A stretch of DNA of 32,000 bases from Geotalea uraniireducens Rf4 (GCF_000016745.1 NC_009483.1:4800001-4832000), one strand, 5' to 3'; positions 15,135 through 24,246 are shown, numbered from the stretch's first letter. Made by a program: numbers and translations. The notes: generated by a model from the letters alone, not told the origin.

Positions 15135-15311
15135 GTGAAAGACTGATAGCGGCTGTGATGGCGGATCCCCCCTGTCGGCGACCGCCGAAGTTCCGGCGCA
15201 AGAAAATTTCTACTTCATTTTCCGGGCAAACTGACGATTGGTTACTTGCAAGGGGATGCCATCTCCCCGTAAACCTTAAAGATCAGCGTTTCCGCTTTCG
15301 GAGGTAGGTAA

Positions 15312-15572
15312 ATGAAGCACTTGTGCGGCACTACGGGGATGCTCCTGCTCTTGTTTGGATCGGACCTGCCGCTCTCGGAGCGGGGGATGGTGTTGGCGGC
15401 GCTATTCCTTGGCATCTGTCTCTGCCTGGCTGCTCTGGCGCTCATGGCGCATCCGCTGCTGGAATGGATTGTCATTGAATGGGATACCGCCTATTATGTG
15501 AAGCAGCACGAGATGCGCGAGATAAATAATCAGCATCTGCAGATAACCCTTGATAAGGAAAAGGACGATTAA
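15312..15572 (+). CDS. Hypothetical small membrane protein (86 aa)
   Basis: GGAGGTAGG RBS and two hydrophobic helices. The TAA stop is immediately followed by repeat box ACCCAAAACGGCAGTT. Confidence 0.45.
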   Translation: MKHLCGTTGMLLLLFGSDLPLSERGMVLAALFLGICLCLAALALMAHPLLEWIVIEWDTAYYVKQHEMREINNQHLQITLDKEKDD

Positions 15573-15721
15573 ACCCAAAACGGCAGTTGGACACGGATTA
15601 ACACGGATCTGGACGGATTTTCACTGATAAACCAAGGACAACCCTTTGGATCTTGGTTCTTGGTCTTCTAAATCCGTGAAAATCCGTACAAATCAGATTT
15701 GATCCGTGTGCAAATGCGTTT
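15573..15721 (+). repeat. Heptamer-array element copy B (CACGGAT/ATCCGTG variant)
   Basis: Box ACCCAAAACGGCAGTT. Heptamers at 15592, 15602 and 15612, with inverted heptamers at 15672, 15682, 15692 and 15702. Ends in AAATGCGTTT. Confidence 0.75.
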
Positions 15722-15843
15722 AGACGGACGGAGTTGTTCCGTCATCACGTGCGGGCTGCCCTTCCCAATTTTTGATTGACTGGGAGCCCATTGATCAGGT
15801 ATATCCTTCGTACTTTTCGCGCCGACAAGGTTGAACAATCCCC

Positions 15844-16149
15844 ATGGACCCCTATTTCCCCTACATCTTTATCAGCAACGTCTTTCTCACCCTCGCCGAT
15901 GCAACCATCGGCTACCACGCAGCGCCGTCATTGATCCGCCTGGGAACAACCGACGAGGAGTCGGCCGTCCGGACGCTCAGCGGGGTGCGCACGCTCCTGG
16001 CAGGGGTCGTGGCGATCTACATGTTCTGCAACTGCCTCGCCTTCTTCAACAAGCAGCCGTTCTTTCTCCTTGTCGTCACCGGCATCATCGTCCTCGACAT
16101 CGTTGCCCAGCTCGTGGTAAGCGGCAAGATGAGAAACCGGAAAGAATAA
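15844..16149 (+). CDS. Hypothetical membrane protein (101 aa, about 3 TM)
   Basis: Three hydrophobic segments but a weak RBS. The TAA stop is immediately followed by box ACCCAAAAACGGCAGTT. Competing ORFs in other frames look non-coding. Confidence 0.45.
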   Translation: MDPYFPYIFISNVFLTLADATIGYHAAPSLIRLGTTDEESAVRTLSGVRTLLAGVVAIYMFCNCLAFFNKQPFFLLVVTGIIVLDIVAQLVVSGKMRNRKE

Positions 16150-16313
16150 ACCCAAAAACGGCAGTTAGCCACGAATGACACGAATAAACACGAATGTTTT
16201 TACCCCCTTGTTAAGTCTTGAGTAGTCAACGATCTGGTGAGTGCCTTCTGCATCACAAGAGTTTGTATATTCGTGAAAATTCGTAAAAATTCGTGGTTAA
16301 AATGCTTTTTAAA
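16150..16313 (+). repeat. Heptamer-array element copy C (CACGAAT/ATTCGTG variant), uninterrupted
   Basis: CACGAAT at 16170, 16179 and 16189. ATTCGTG/ATTCGTA at 16269, 16279 and 16289. The core is nearly identical to copy A. Confidence 0.8.
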
Positions 16314-16342
16314 GGTTAAATACACCAAACCGAAAGAGCAAA

Positions 16343-17989
16343 ATGAAAAAGAAAACCTATGTGATTGGCCACCGCAACCCCGATACCGACTCGATAGCCT
16401 CGGCCATCGCCTATGCCGAACTGAAGCGGCTGTTGGGCGAAGACGGGACCGTTGCCGCCATGGCCGGCGAACCGAATCCCCAGACCGCCTATGTCCTGGA
16501 ACGGCTCGGCATTGAGCCGCCGCTCTACCTGGCCGACGTCCACCCCAAGGTCAGGGATGTGCTGAACCGGAAGCCGGTGACCGCCGGTGCCGACCTGCCG
16601 ATGATGCAGGCGCTGGAGCTGTTCCACCGCAACAATATCCGTGTCCTGCCGGTGGTGGATGCTGCAGGGAAACCGAGCGGCATCGTCTCGCTGCTCAAGC
16701 TCTCGGAGAAATACCTCCTGACGGGCAAGGACCGGATGCGGGGGGTGAACACCTCGCTCCGCTCGCTGGCCATAAGCCTGGAAGGCGACTTCCTCTGCGG
16801 TGCCCCATGCGATGACCATGAACACCTGCACCTCTTCATCGGCGCCATGGAACAGGAATCATTCAGCGCCCGGATCGACGGCTATCCACCCGAATCGCTC
16901 CTGATCATCACCGGCGACCGGCGGACCATCCAACTGGCCGGCATCGAAAAGGGGGTGCGGCTCCTGGTGGTGACCGGCGGACTGGCGGTGGAGAAGGACC
17001 TCCTGACAAAGGCCGCAGAACTGGGCGTCACGGTCCTTTCGACCCCTTTCGATACCGCCACCGCAGCCTGGCTGACCCGTCTCTCCACGCCGGTGGGGCT
17101 GTTCGCTGAAACAAATTTCGAGCGGATCGGCGTGGGCGAACCGCTCAGCCACCTGAAACTGAAACTTCTCCACAGCGGCGAGCCGGCGGTGATCGTCGTG
17201 GAGGAGGACGGCACCCTGGCGGGGATCGCCACCAAGTCGTCGCTACTGGCGCCCATCCCCTCCTCCCTGATCCTGGTGGACCACAATGAACTGGGGCAGG
17301 CGGTTCACGGGGCGGATGAGCTGGAGATCCGCGAGGTCATCGACCATCACAAGCTCGGGAACAGCCACACGAACCAACCGGTTACCTTCATCACCGCACC
17401 GGTGGGAAGCACCTGCACGTTGGTTGCCGGCCTCTACCGCCATGAAGGGGTTGAACTGGCCCCCTCCTTTGCCGCCCTGCTTCTGGCCGGCATCCTCTCG
17501 GATACGGTCATCCTTAAATCACCGACCACCACCAATCGGGACCGGGAAACGGTTCTCTGGCTTGAGCAACTGGCAGGGCTCGACCATGGAGAGTTCGGCA
17601 AAGAGATCTTTGCCGCCTGCTCGGGTCTTGCCGGCTACGGCACCCCGGAAAAGGTCATCACCACCGACTTCAAGGTTTTCACGGGGAGCTCCGCCCGCTT
17701 CGGGGTCGGACAGGTGGAGGTGATCGGCTTCGACGAGTTTTTTGCCATGAGGGAGGAACTGAAGGGGGCGCTGGCGGAGCTGAAGCAACGGGAAGGACTG
17801 GATCTGGCAGGACTGATGGTGACCGACATCTACACGGAAACGACCCTCTTTCTCGTGGAAGGAAAAAAGGAGTTGGCCCACGTCATGGGGTACCCCCAGG
17901 TGGAGGCGCACCTCTACGAGCTGAAGGGGGTCATGTCGCGGAAAAAGCAGATGGTGCCGCACCTCTTGCAGGTGTTGGAGAAGATCTAG
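16343..17989 (+). CDS. CBS-domain-containing family II inorganic pyrophosphatase (DHH-CBS-DRTGG-DHHA2)
   Basis: N-terminal VIGHRNPDTDSIASAIAYA (DHH), a CBS pair, IITGDRRT...VVTGG (DRTGG), LVDHNE, DHH at VIDHHKLG, and a DHHA2 tail. Confidence 0.9.
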   Translation: MKKKTYVIGHRNPDTDSIASAIAYAELKRLLGEDGTVAAMAGEPNPQTAYVLERLGIEPPLYLADVHPKVRDVLNRKPVTAGADLPMMQALELFHRNNIRVLPVVDAAGKPSGIVSLLKLSEKYLLTGKDRMRGVNTSLRSLAISLEGDFLCGAPCDDHEHLHLFIGAMEQESFSARIDGYPPESLLIITGDRRTIQLAGIEKGVRLLVVTGGLAVEKDLLTKAAELGVTVLSTPFDTATAAWLTRLSTPVGLFAETNFERIGVGEPLSHLKLKLLHSGEPAVIVVEEDGTLAGIATKSSLLAPIPSSLILVDHNELGQAVHGADELEIREVIDHHKLGNSHTNQPVTFITAPVGSTCTLVAGLYRHEGVELAPSFAALLLAGILSDTVILKSPTTTNRDRETVLWLEQLAGLDHGEFGKEIFAACSGLAGYGTPEKVITTDFKVFTGSSARFGVGQVEVIGFDEFFAMREELKGALAELKQREGLDLAGLMVTDIYTETTLFLVEGKKELAHVMGYPQVEAHLYELKGVMSRKKQMVPHLLQVLEKI

Positions 17990-18043
17990 AGCAACTGTGC
18001 CGCGCTGTCAACCGACAACTTACCCGGCGCGGATGGATCGCCG

Positions 18044-18481
18044 TTACACGCCGATATCTTCATTCCACAGTTCCGGTCCGGTCTCGATGAAATCGGTCAT
18101 CATGCTGATGCACTCCTGCTCCTGCAGCACATCCACCGTCACTCCCCGCGATTTGAGGAGCTCTTCCTCGCCGAGAAACGTCCGGTTTTCGCCGACGATC
18201 ACCCTCGGTATCCCGTACAAAAGGATCGCCCCGCTGCACATGGCACAAGGGGAGAGAGTCGTGTAGAGGGTGCATTCCCGGTAAACCGCTGCCGTCTGCC
18301 GGCCGGCGTTTTCCAGCGCGTCCATCTCCCCGTGGAGAATGGCGCTTCCTTTCTGCACCCGGCGGTTGTGCCCGCGGCCGATGATCCGGCCATTGTGGAC
18401 GATCACCGAGCCGATGGGAATTCCCCCCTCCGCCTGACCCTGTTTCGCCTCTGCCAGCGCTGCCTGCATGAATGTGTCCAT
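18044..18481 (-). CDS. Cytosine/nucleoside deaminase of the CMP/dCMP-deaminase zinc-binding fold (yeast Fcy1-like)
   Basis: HGEMDALE and TLYTTLSPCAMCSGAILLYGIPRVIVGEN...LWNEDIGV closely resemble Fcy1-type cytosine deaminase. ATG at 18481 with a GGAGGAG RBS. The 18482-18604 extension only translates the repeat element. Confidence 0.85.
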   Translation of the reverse strand: MDTFMQAALAEAKQGQAEGGIPIGSVIVHNGRIIGRGHNRRVQKGSAILHGEMDALENAGRQTAAVYRECTLYTTLSPCAMCSGAILLYGIPRVIVGENRTFLGEEELLKSRGVTVDVLQEQECISMMTDFIETGPELWNEDIGV

Positions 18482-18514
18482 TATCCGCTCCTCCAACTCA
18501 TATGTGACTTTCGC

Positions 18515-18615
18515 TTCCCCCCTCACCCTAGCCCTCTCCCGCAAGGGGCGAGGGAACTTTAACTGCTCCCCTCCCTTGATGGGAGGGGTTAGGGGAGGGT
18601 GCAATGTGCTGGTTT
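18515..18615. repeat. GC-rich palindromic intergenic element, copy 2 (short variant)
   Basis: Same ends and core as 112-249; lies between two minus-strand genes. Confidence 0.8.
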
Positions 18616-18630
18616 CGAAAGGACCTAAAG

Positions 18631-19404
18631 CTACGCTGAAGCGTATTTCTGCAGATTATGGAGGGCTCGTTCCAGCTTTTCCCTGCTGTGCGCCTCGATG
18701 GTCCAGGCGGCCTGGGGGGCGTATCGCTCCATGAGGGTGAAGAAGAGGGGGAAGTCGATGTTCCCCTCCCCGAGCGGGGCATGCTCGTCACGCAAACCAA
18801 AGTTGTCGTGGATATGGGTTTCGGCGATGTAGTTCCCCAGAGTGGCGAACCATTCCTCCAGCCCCACTTTCCTGAAGAGATTCCAGTGCCCCACATCGAA
18901 ACAGTGGCGGAAACGAGGGGAGTCCACTGCCTCTAACAGCGCCTGAAGGGTGGACGGCTCCTCTTCGAAGATGTTCTCGACGGCCACGATGCAGCCGATC
19001 CGCTCGGCACGCTCCAGCACCGACTGCCACGAATCGATGCTGTATTGCAGCCACGCATCCTTGTTGTCCCCATAGCGCCAGCGGTCATAGCCGGGGTGAA
19101 AGACGATCACCTCCGGCCTGAGAATGGCGGCCGCGTCCAGCACATCGTTGAAGCTTTGCAGGGTGATGTCCCGAATCTGCCGGACCACCGAACCCGGGTT
19201 GAGATCCATGAACGGAGCATGGATGGTGCATTTCAGGCCGTTTGCCGCAAGGGCCTCTGCTTCCGCCGCCAGTTGTTCGGGAATCACCGCATCCAGGGCA
19301 TCGCCGGAGAAAAATACCTCCGGATTGATCCTGTCGGCAATCAGGTAATCCAGGTTCCGGGAAAGATGCGGATAGGGGATATGGGCAAAAACCGTATTAT
19401 GCAT
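18631..19404 (-). CDS. Xylose-isomerase-like TIM-barrel protein (sugar phosphate isomerase/epimerase family)
   Basis: Length and motifs (VFHPG, VENIFEE, DVGH, HIHDN) are typical of the AP endonuclease 2/TIM-barrel family. The start overlaps the upstream stop by 8 nt (ATGCATAA). Confidence 0.7.
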   Translation of the reverse strand: MHNTVFAHIPYPHLSRNLDYLIADRINPEVFFSGDALDAVIPEQLAAEAEALAANGLKCTIHAPFMDLNPGSVVRQIRDITLQSFNDVLDAAAILRPEVIVFHPGYDRWRYGDNKDAWLQYSIDSWQSVLERAERIGCIVAVENIFEEEPSTLQALLEAVDSPRFRHCFDVGHWNLFRKVGLEEWFATLGNYIAETHIHDNFGLRDEHAPLGEGNIDFPLFFTLMERYAPQAAWTIEAHSREKLERALHNLQKYASA

Positions 19405-20452
19405 GGTGATGCGGCTCTTTTCTGTGTTTGTTTATGACTGCATCGGCGCATTTTTCGCAGTTGACCAACTCTTCCAGCTTCTGGATTGCGCCAGGCTCGC
19501 CGAGGACGATGAGGGTGTCCCGCGCCTCCAAATGGCTGTGGGATTCGGGGTTGAAAACCATCTTCCCCGATGTCTTCTTGATGCCGATGATGATGACGCC
19601 GGTCTCCTTGCGAAAACCGGAGCTGGCCAGGTTCTCGCCGACAAAAGCGGATTGGGGCGGGATGAGGATCTCTTCCATCTGCAGTTCCAGAAATTCCCGG
19701 CCCGTGGCTATCTCGATGAAGTCCACCACGTTGGGGCGGAGTATCGCCTGGGCCATGCGGGTGCCGCCGATCACGTAAGGGGAGACAACCTTGTTGGCGC
19801 CTGCCCGTTTCAGCTTGATTTCCGATCCTTCCTCCCCGGAACGGGCGAGGATGTAGAGGTCGGGGTTTAGTCCGCGGGCGGTCAGGGTGATGTAAACGTT
19901 CTCCGTATCGGAGGTGACCACCGAGATCAGCCCCTTGGCATTTTTGATCCCTGCCTTGAGCAGTGTCTCATCGTCCGTGGCGTTTCCCCTGAGAAACAGG
20001 TAGCTGTCCTGCTCCAGCCTTTCCACCACCTGCGGGTCCTTTTCCACCACCACAAATGGGATCGGCTTGGCAGCGAATTCCTTGCAGATCAGTGCGCCGA
20101 TCCTGCCGAAGCCGCAGATTATGTAATGGTCCTTTAGTGCCTCGATCTTTTTTTCCACCTTTTTCCTCCCGATAATCCGCTGGAACTGCCCTTCGAACAT
20201 GATCTGGGCAAGACTGCCGACGATGTAGCCGAGCACACTGACGCCGAAGACGATCAGCAGCATGGTGAAGAGCTTGCCGCTGTCGCTCAGCTCGTGAACC
20301 TCTCTGAACCCGACTGTGCCGAGGGTGATGACGGTCATGTAGAGGGCATCGAGAAAACGCCACCCCTCGATCCCCATGTAACCGACGGTACCGAGGGAGA
20401 CCAGCAGGCCAAGCACGAATATGGATATTTTAAGGTGGCGAACCGGATCCAT
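19397..20452 (-). CDS. Two-TM pore-loop channel with RCK (TrkA-N/TrkA-C) domains, K+ channel family
   Basis: Pore helix/filter region LYMTVITLGTVGFRE, Rossmann motif IICGFGRIG, and a C-terminal TrkA-C-like domain. Confidence 0.85.
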   Translation of the reverse strand: MDPVRHLKISIFVLGLLVSLGTVGYMGIEGWRFLDALYMTVITLGTVGFREVHELSDSGKLFTMLLIVFGVSVLGYIVGSLAQIMFEGQFQRIIGRKKVEKKIEALKDHYIICGFGRIGALICKEFAAKPIPFVVVEKDPQVVERLEQDSYLFLRGNATDDETLLKAGIKNAKGLISVVTSDTENVYITLTARGLNPDLYILARSGEEGSEIKLKRAGANKVVSPYVIGGTRMAQAILRPNVVDFIEIATGREFLELQMEEILIPPQSAFVGENLASSGFRKETGVIIIGIKKTSGKMVFNPESHSHLEARDTLIVLGEPGAIQKLEELVNCEKCADAVINKHRKEPHHHA

Positions 20453-20558
20453 CAGAACTCCTTGGCGCTAAAATACTCCCGGGCGGGGCAAATTTCAAGT
20501 TTAATCCACCGCCAAAAATGCGTAACTATTTGATTGCTCCGCCTTATAGGGTAAGTTC

Positions 20559-20590
20559 TTGACAAATTGTGTATACTGTATACAATTTGC
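20559..20590 (+). promoter_or_regulatory. Sigma70-like promoter with an embedded GntR-type operator
   Basis: TTGACA (20559-20564), a 16-nt spacer, then TACAAT (20581-20586). The spacer and -10 region carry AATTGT-GTATAC-T-GTATAC-AATT, i.e. two self-complementary GTATAC hexamers within inverted AATTGT/ACAATT arms. Confidence 0.5.
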
Positions 20591-20611
20591 CTGATACCCC
20601 AAGGAGACATC

Positions 20612-21319
20612 ATGAAAAAGAACATCGACAAACATCTCACCCTGAGGGAACGGATACTGGAAACCATCCGCGACGCCATCATGAGCGGGTCGATGAAACC
20701 GGGAGAAAAAGTCGCCGAGCCGGAACTTGCCGAACGTTTCGGCATCAGCAGGACCCCCATCAGGGAAGCATTCCGGCAACTGGAGTCGGAGGGTTACCTG
20801 ACGGTCATTCCCCGCAAGGGGGCGGTGGTCGCCTCTTTCTCTCCGCGCGACGTGGAGGAGTTTTACGCCATAAAAAGCATCCTGGAGGGGTACGCGGCAC
20901 GCAGGGCCTGCGAAAAATTAACCCCGCGGGAACTGGACAAGCTGTCGGCCATCAACGACAAATTGCGCCACCTTGCCGATGAAGGGGACATCAAGCATTT
21001 TTTCAAGGTGCATAACGACTTTCACGAACTGTTCATAAAATCGGCCAACAATGAAAAGCTCCACGACATGATAAACAGCCTGGTGAAAAAATTCCAGCGG
21101 CTGCGCGTCGCCTCCCTGAGCAAACCGGGAAGGATGCATGTGTCGGTGGACGAGCACGATAAGATAATCGAGGCATTTCGCAACAAGGACGGCGGCCTGG
21201 CGGAAAAGCTGGTCCGTAAAAATGCCGAATACGGCGGCATTGTCCTGATGCAGAGCAGCCCGGGAAGCCCCCCGCTGAAACCCGCGGAAAAAACGGCGGC
21301 CAAGCATCTCGATCTTTAG
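20612..21319 (+). CDS. GntR-family (FadR/FCD subfamily) transcriptional regulator
   Basis: The winged HTH LAERFGISRTPIREAFRQLESEGYLTVIPRKGAVVA followed by an FCD-type helical domain. AAGGAGA RBS. Confidence 0.9.
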   Translation: MKKNIDKHLTLRERILETIRDAIMSGSMKPGEKVAEPELAERFGISRTPIREAFRQLESEGYLTVIPRKGAVVASFSPRDVEEFYAIKSILEGYAARRACEKLTPRELDKLSAINDKLRHLADEGDIKHFFKVHNDFHELFIKSANNEKLHDMINSLVKKFQRLRVASLSKPGRMHVSVDEHDKIIEAFRNKDGGLAEKLVRKNAEYGGIVLMQSSPGSPPLKPAEKTAAKHLDL

Positions 21320-21344
21320 GATATCCCCCCCTTAACCCGATTTC

Positions 21345-21430
21345 AAACATCCACAGATTTCCCGGTTTGTCGCAGATTGATTCGTTGCTGAAAAATCTGT
21401 TCAAACTGTGTTAAACTGCGGATGTTTTTT
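21345..21430 (+). terminator. Long composite hairpin followed by a T-run (possible terminator of the GntR gene)
   Basis: AAACATCCACAG (21345-21356) pairs with CTGCGGATGTTT (21416-21427) with 1 mismatch, and TTT follows. An inner CAGATT/AATCTG hairpin is present. The loop is unusually long for a terminator. Confidence 0.35.
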
Positions 21431-21465
21431 ATCCAATCCAGCAAAAGTGGCGAAAGGCGGCAAGT

Positions 21466-22854
21466 TTGACCATTTTAAAAAACATCCCGAAGGTGGATAA
21501 AGTCCTCGGCTGGGAAGGCCTGAAATCCCTCCTCGCAGCATATCCCCGGCCGGTGGTGATCACGGCTGTCCGCAGTTCGCTGGAGGCGTTGCGCGCAGAG
21601 GCCCTGCGGGGCGAAACATGCGCTGAAGCTTTTGCGGAAAAGGGCGTCGTCGGGCGGATAGCCCGCGAACTGGCAACGGTTAACGCCCTGAAGCTGAAAC
21701 GGCTGGTCAACGGCACCGGGGTGGTAATCCACACCAACCTCGGCCGCTCTCCCCTGCCGGAAAGCGTCAGGCAGGCGCTGAATGAGGTAGCCTTCGGCTA
21801 TTCGAACCTGGAGTTCGACCTGGCTTTAGGGGAGCGGGGAAGCCGCTATTCCCACGTGGAAGGGATCATCTGCGAACTGACCGGCGCGGAGGCTGCGCTG
21901 GTGGTAAACAACAACGCCGCCGCGGTTCTCCTCGCCCTGAGCTCCCTTGCCGCCGGCAAAGAGGTCATCGTCTCCCGCGGCGAACTGGTTGAAATCGGCG
22001 GCTCGTTCCGCATCCCCGATGTGATGCGCCAGAGCGGCGCCGTATTGAAGGAAGTGGGCGCGACCAACCGCACCCATCCGCGCGACTACAGCGGAGCAAT
22101 AACCCCCGAAACCGCGCTGCTGCTAAAGGTTCATTGCAGCAACTTCGCCGTGGTCGGCTTCACCGCCGAGGTGTCCGCCGCAGAGCTGGTCGAGCTTGGC
22201 CGCGGGCATTCCCTGCCGGTCATGGCCGATGTGGGAAGCGGCAACCTTGTCGAGCTGTCCGGGCTTTTAGGCTGCAATGAGCCGACGGTGCAGGAGTTCG
22301 TCCGCGCCGGCGTCGACGTCATCACCTTCAGCGGCGACAAGCTCTTGGGCGGCCCCCAGGCGGGCATCATCGTCGGCAAAAGTTCCCTGCTGGCGCCGAT
22401 GAAGAATCATCCGCTGCTGCGCGCCGTAAGGATCGACAAACTGACCCTGGCTGCACTGGAAGGGACCCTGCGTCTTTATCGCGACGAACGACGGGCCCTG
22501 AAGGAAATACCGACGCTGCGGATGCTTACCGCCTCAGCCGCCGATCTTTCCCGCACGGCAAAGGCCCTGCTGCGACGTCTGCAACGGGCCATTCCGGCAA
22601 CGGTAAAGCTGTCCCTTTCCGCCGGCTTTTCCCAAGTGGGGGGAGGAGCGCTGCCGCTCCTGGAGCTTCCCACCACACTGATCGCCGTCACGGCCGACGG
22701 CATGTCTGCTCAGGATATCGAGACGACCCTCAGGGGATGCCCGGTTCCGGTTATCGGGAGGATATTCAAGGGAACATTCCTCCTTGATCCGCGCACCATC
22801 CTCAATGACGATGTTCCCGCCCTGATTGCTGCGTTGCAGACGCTAGCCAGGTAA
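21466..22854 (+). CDS. selA: L-seryl-tRNA(Sec) selenium transferase
   Basis: NLEFDLALGERGSRYSHVE, FSGDKLLGGPQAGIIVG (PLP lysine region), and an N-terminal IPKVDKVL. TTG start. Confidence 0.9.
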   Translation: MTILKNIPKVDKVLGWEGLKSLLAAYPRPVVITAVRSSLEALRAEALRGETCAEAFAEKGVVGRIARELATVNALKLKRLVNGTGVVIHTNLGRSPLPESVRQALNEVAFGYSNLEFDLALGERGSRYSHVEGIICELTGAEAALVVNNNAAAVLLALSSLAAGKEVIVSRGELVEIGGSFRIPDVMRQSGAVLKEVGATNRTHPRDYSGAITPETALLLKVHCSNFAVVGFTAEVSAAELVELGRGHSLPVMADVGSGNLVELSGLLGCNEPTVQEFVRAGVDVITFSGDKLLGGPQAGIIVGKSSLLAPMKNHPLLRAVRIDKLTLAALEGTLRLYRDERRALKEIPTLRMLTASAADLSRTAKALLRRLQRAIPATVKLSLSAGFSQVGGGALPLLELPTTLIAVTADGMSAQDIETTLRGCPVPVIGRIFKGTFLLDPRTILNDDVPALIAALQTLAR

Positions 22855-22888
22855 CGCAACAGAGTAAAAAGTTTGCCGCCTCCCCCCC

Positions 22889-22916
22889 AGACCAGCCAAT
22901 TTTGTCTGGTCTTTTT
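22889..22916 (+). terminator. Rho-independent terminator after selA
   Basis: AGACCAG (22889-22895) pairs with CTGGTCT (22906-22912) and TTTT follows. Confidence 0.7.
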
Positions 22917-22926
22917 CTGTTATCAT

Positions 22927-22934
22927 TGTATAAT
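22927..22934 (+). promoter_or_regulatory. Extended -10 element TGTATAAT upstream of ispD
   Basis: TGnTATAAT consensus match about 90 bp upstream of the ispD start. No clear -35. Confidence 0.35.
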
Positions 22935-23025
22935 CATACGATTTTATACGAAATTCCGGCATGGCAAGGGCAGTTCGCGCGGGAAAATGCCGCTCCATTT
23001 CGACAATTCTTTCAGGAGTCCCGAC

Positions 23026-23727
23026 ATGAGGGTTACGGCACTTGTCCCGGCAGCAGGGATGGGCAAGCGGATGGGAGCGGACATCAACAAGCAGTATCTC
23101 CTCCTGGAGGGCAAGCCGATCCTCGCCCATACGCTGGCGGTCTTCGAGCTGGCCCCTTTCGTCGACGACATCTACGTCATTACCCCCGAAGCAGAGATTC
23201 CGTACTGCCGCGAGCACGTGGTGGAGCAGTTCGGCTTCACCAAGGTTCGCGGGGTGGTGGCGGGTGGCAAGGAGCGGCAGAATTCGGTACTGAACGGACT
23301 GCGGGCCATCGACGCCAGCGACGAAGACGACGTGGTGCTTATCCATGACGGGGTGAGGCCGTTCATACCGACTGCTGTGCTGAAAAGGTCCGTCGAGGTA
23401 GCGACCGCCGAGGACGGCGCGCTGGTGGCGGTGCCGGCCAAGGACACCATCAAGACCGTCGAGGCTGGCATAGTGACCGGCACCCCCCCCAGGGAGAACA
23501 TCTGGCTTGCCCAGACCCCCCAGACCTTCAGGTACGGGATCATCCGCGCTGCCCACGAGCTGGCCGCAGCCGAAGGCTTTCTAGGCACTGACGACGCCTC
23601 GCTGGTGGAGCGGCTGGGTAGACAGGTGCATGTGGTCATGGGGGATTACCGCAACATCAAGATTACAACGCCGGAGGATATGCTCCTGGCCGAGGCGTTT
23701 CTAAAATCGGTGAATAGTGAAAGGTAA
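23026..23727 (+). CDS. ispD: 2-C-methyl-D-erythritol 4-phosphate cytidylyltransferase
   Basis: [12 protein letters not shown]-loop-like motif, HDGVRPF and AQTPQTF motifs. Confidence 0.9.
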   Translation: MRVTALVPAAGMGKRMGADINKQYLLLEGKPILAHTLAVFELAPFVDDIYVITPEAEIPYCREHVVEQFGFTKVRGVVAGGKERQNSVLNGLRAIDASDEDDVVLIHDGVRPFIPTAVLKRSVEVATAEDGALVAVPAKDTIKTVEAGIVTGTPPRENIWLAQTPQTFRYGIIRAAHELAAAEGFLGTDDASLVERLGRQVHVVMGDYRNIKITTPEDMLLAEAFLKSVNSER

Positions 23728-23736
23728 AAAGCGATT

Positions 23737-24210
23737 ATGCGTATAGGTCACGGTTACGATGTGCACAAACTGGTGGAGAACAGGAAACTGATCCTCGGCG
23801 GGGTCGACATACCCTATGAAAGGGGGCTCCTCGGCCACTCCGATGCAGATGTGCTTCTCCACGCCATCTCCGACGCCATCCTCGGCGCCATCGGCGAAGG
23901 GGACATCGGCAAGCACTTTCCCGACACGGACCCCGCCTACAAGGGGGCCGACAGCATTAAACTGCTGATGCACGTCATGGCACTGGCCGTCGGCAAGGGG
24001 TATGCGATCGGCAACCTGGACGCCACCATCGTCGCCCAGCGGCCAAAGCTCGCACCGCACATCCCGCAGATGCGGGAGAACATCGCCAGGGCACTGAAAG
24101 CGGATGCGGACCGGATCAATGTCAAGGCCACCACCACCGAGGAGCTCGGCTTTGCCGGCCGGGGCGAGGGGATCGCCGCCTACACGGTGGTGCTTCTGGA
24201 GCGGAAGTGA
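23737..24210 (+). CDS. ispF: 2-C-methyl-D-erythritol 2,4-cyclodiphosphate synthase
   Basis: [10 protein letters not shown]...[19 protein letters not shown] and the characteristic length of 157 aa. Confidence 0.95.
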   Translation: MRIGHGYDVHKLVENRKLILGGVDIPYERGLLGHSDADVLLHAISDAILGAIGEGDIGKHFPDTDPAYKGADSIKLLMHVMALAVGKGYAIGNLDATIVAQRPKLAPHIPQMRENIARALKADADRINVKATTTEELGFAGRGEGIAAYTVVLLERK

Positions 24211-24246
24211 TCATCATTTCTGACGCCTTTCATAAGGGGGCACGGG

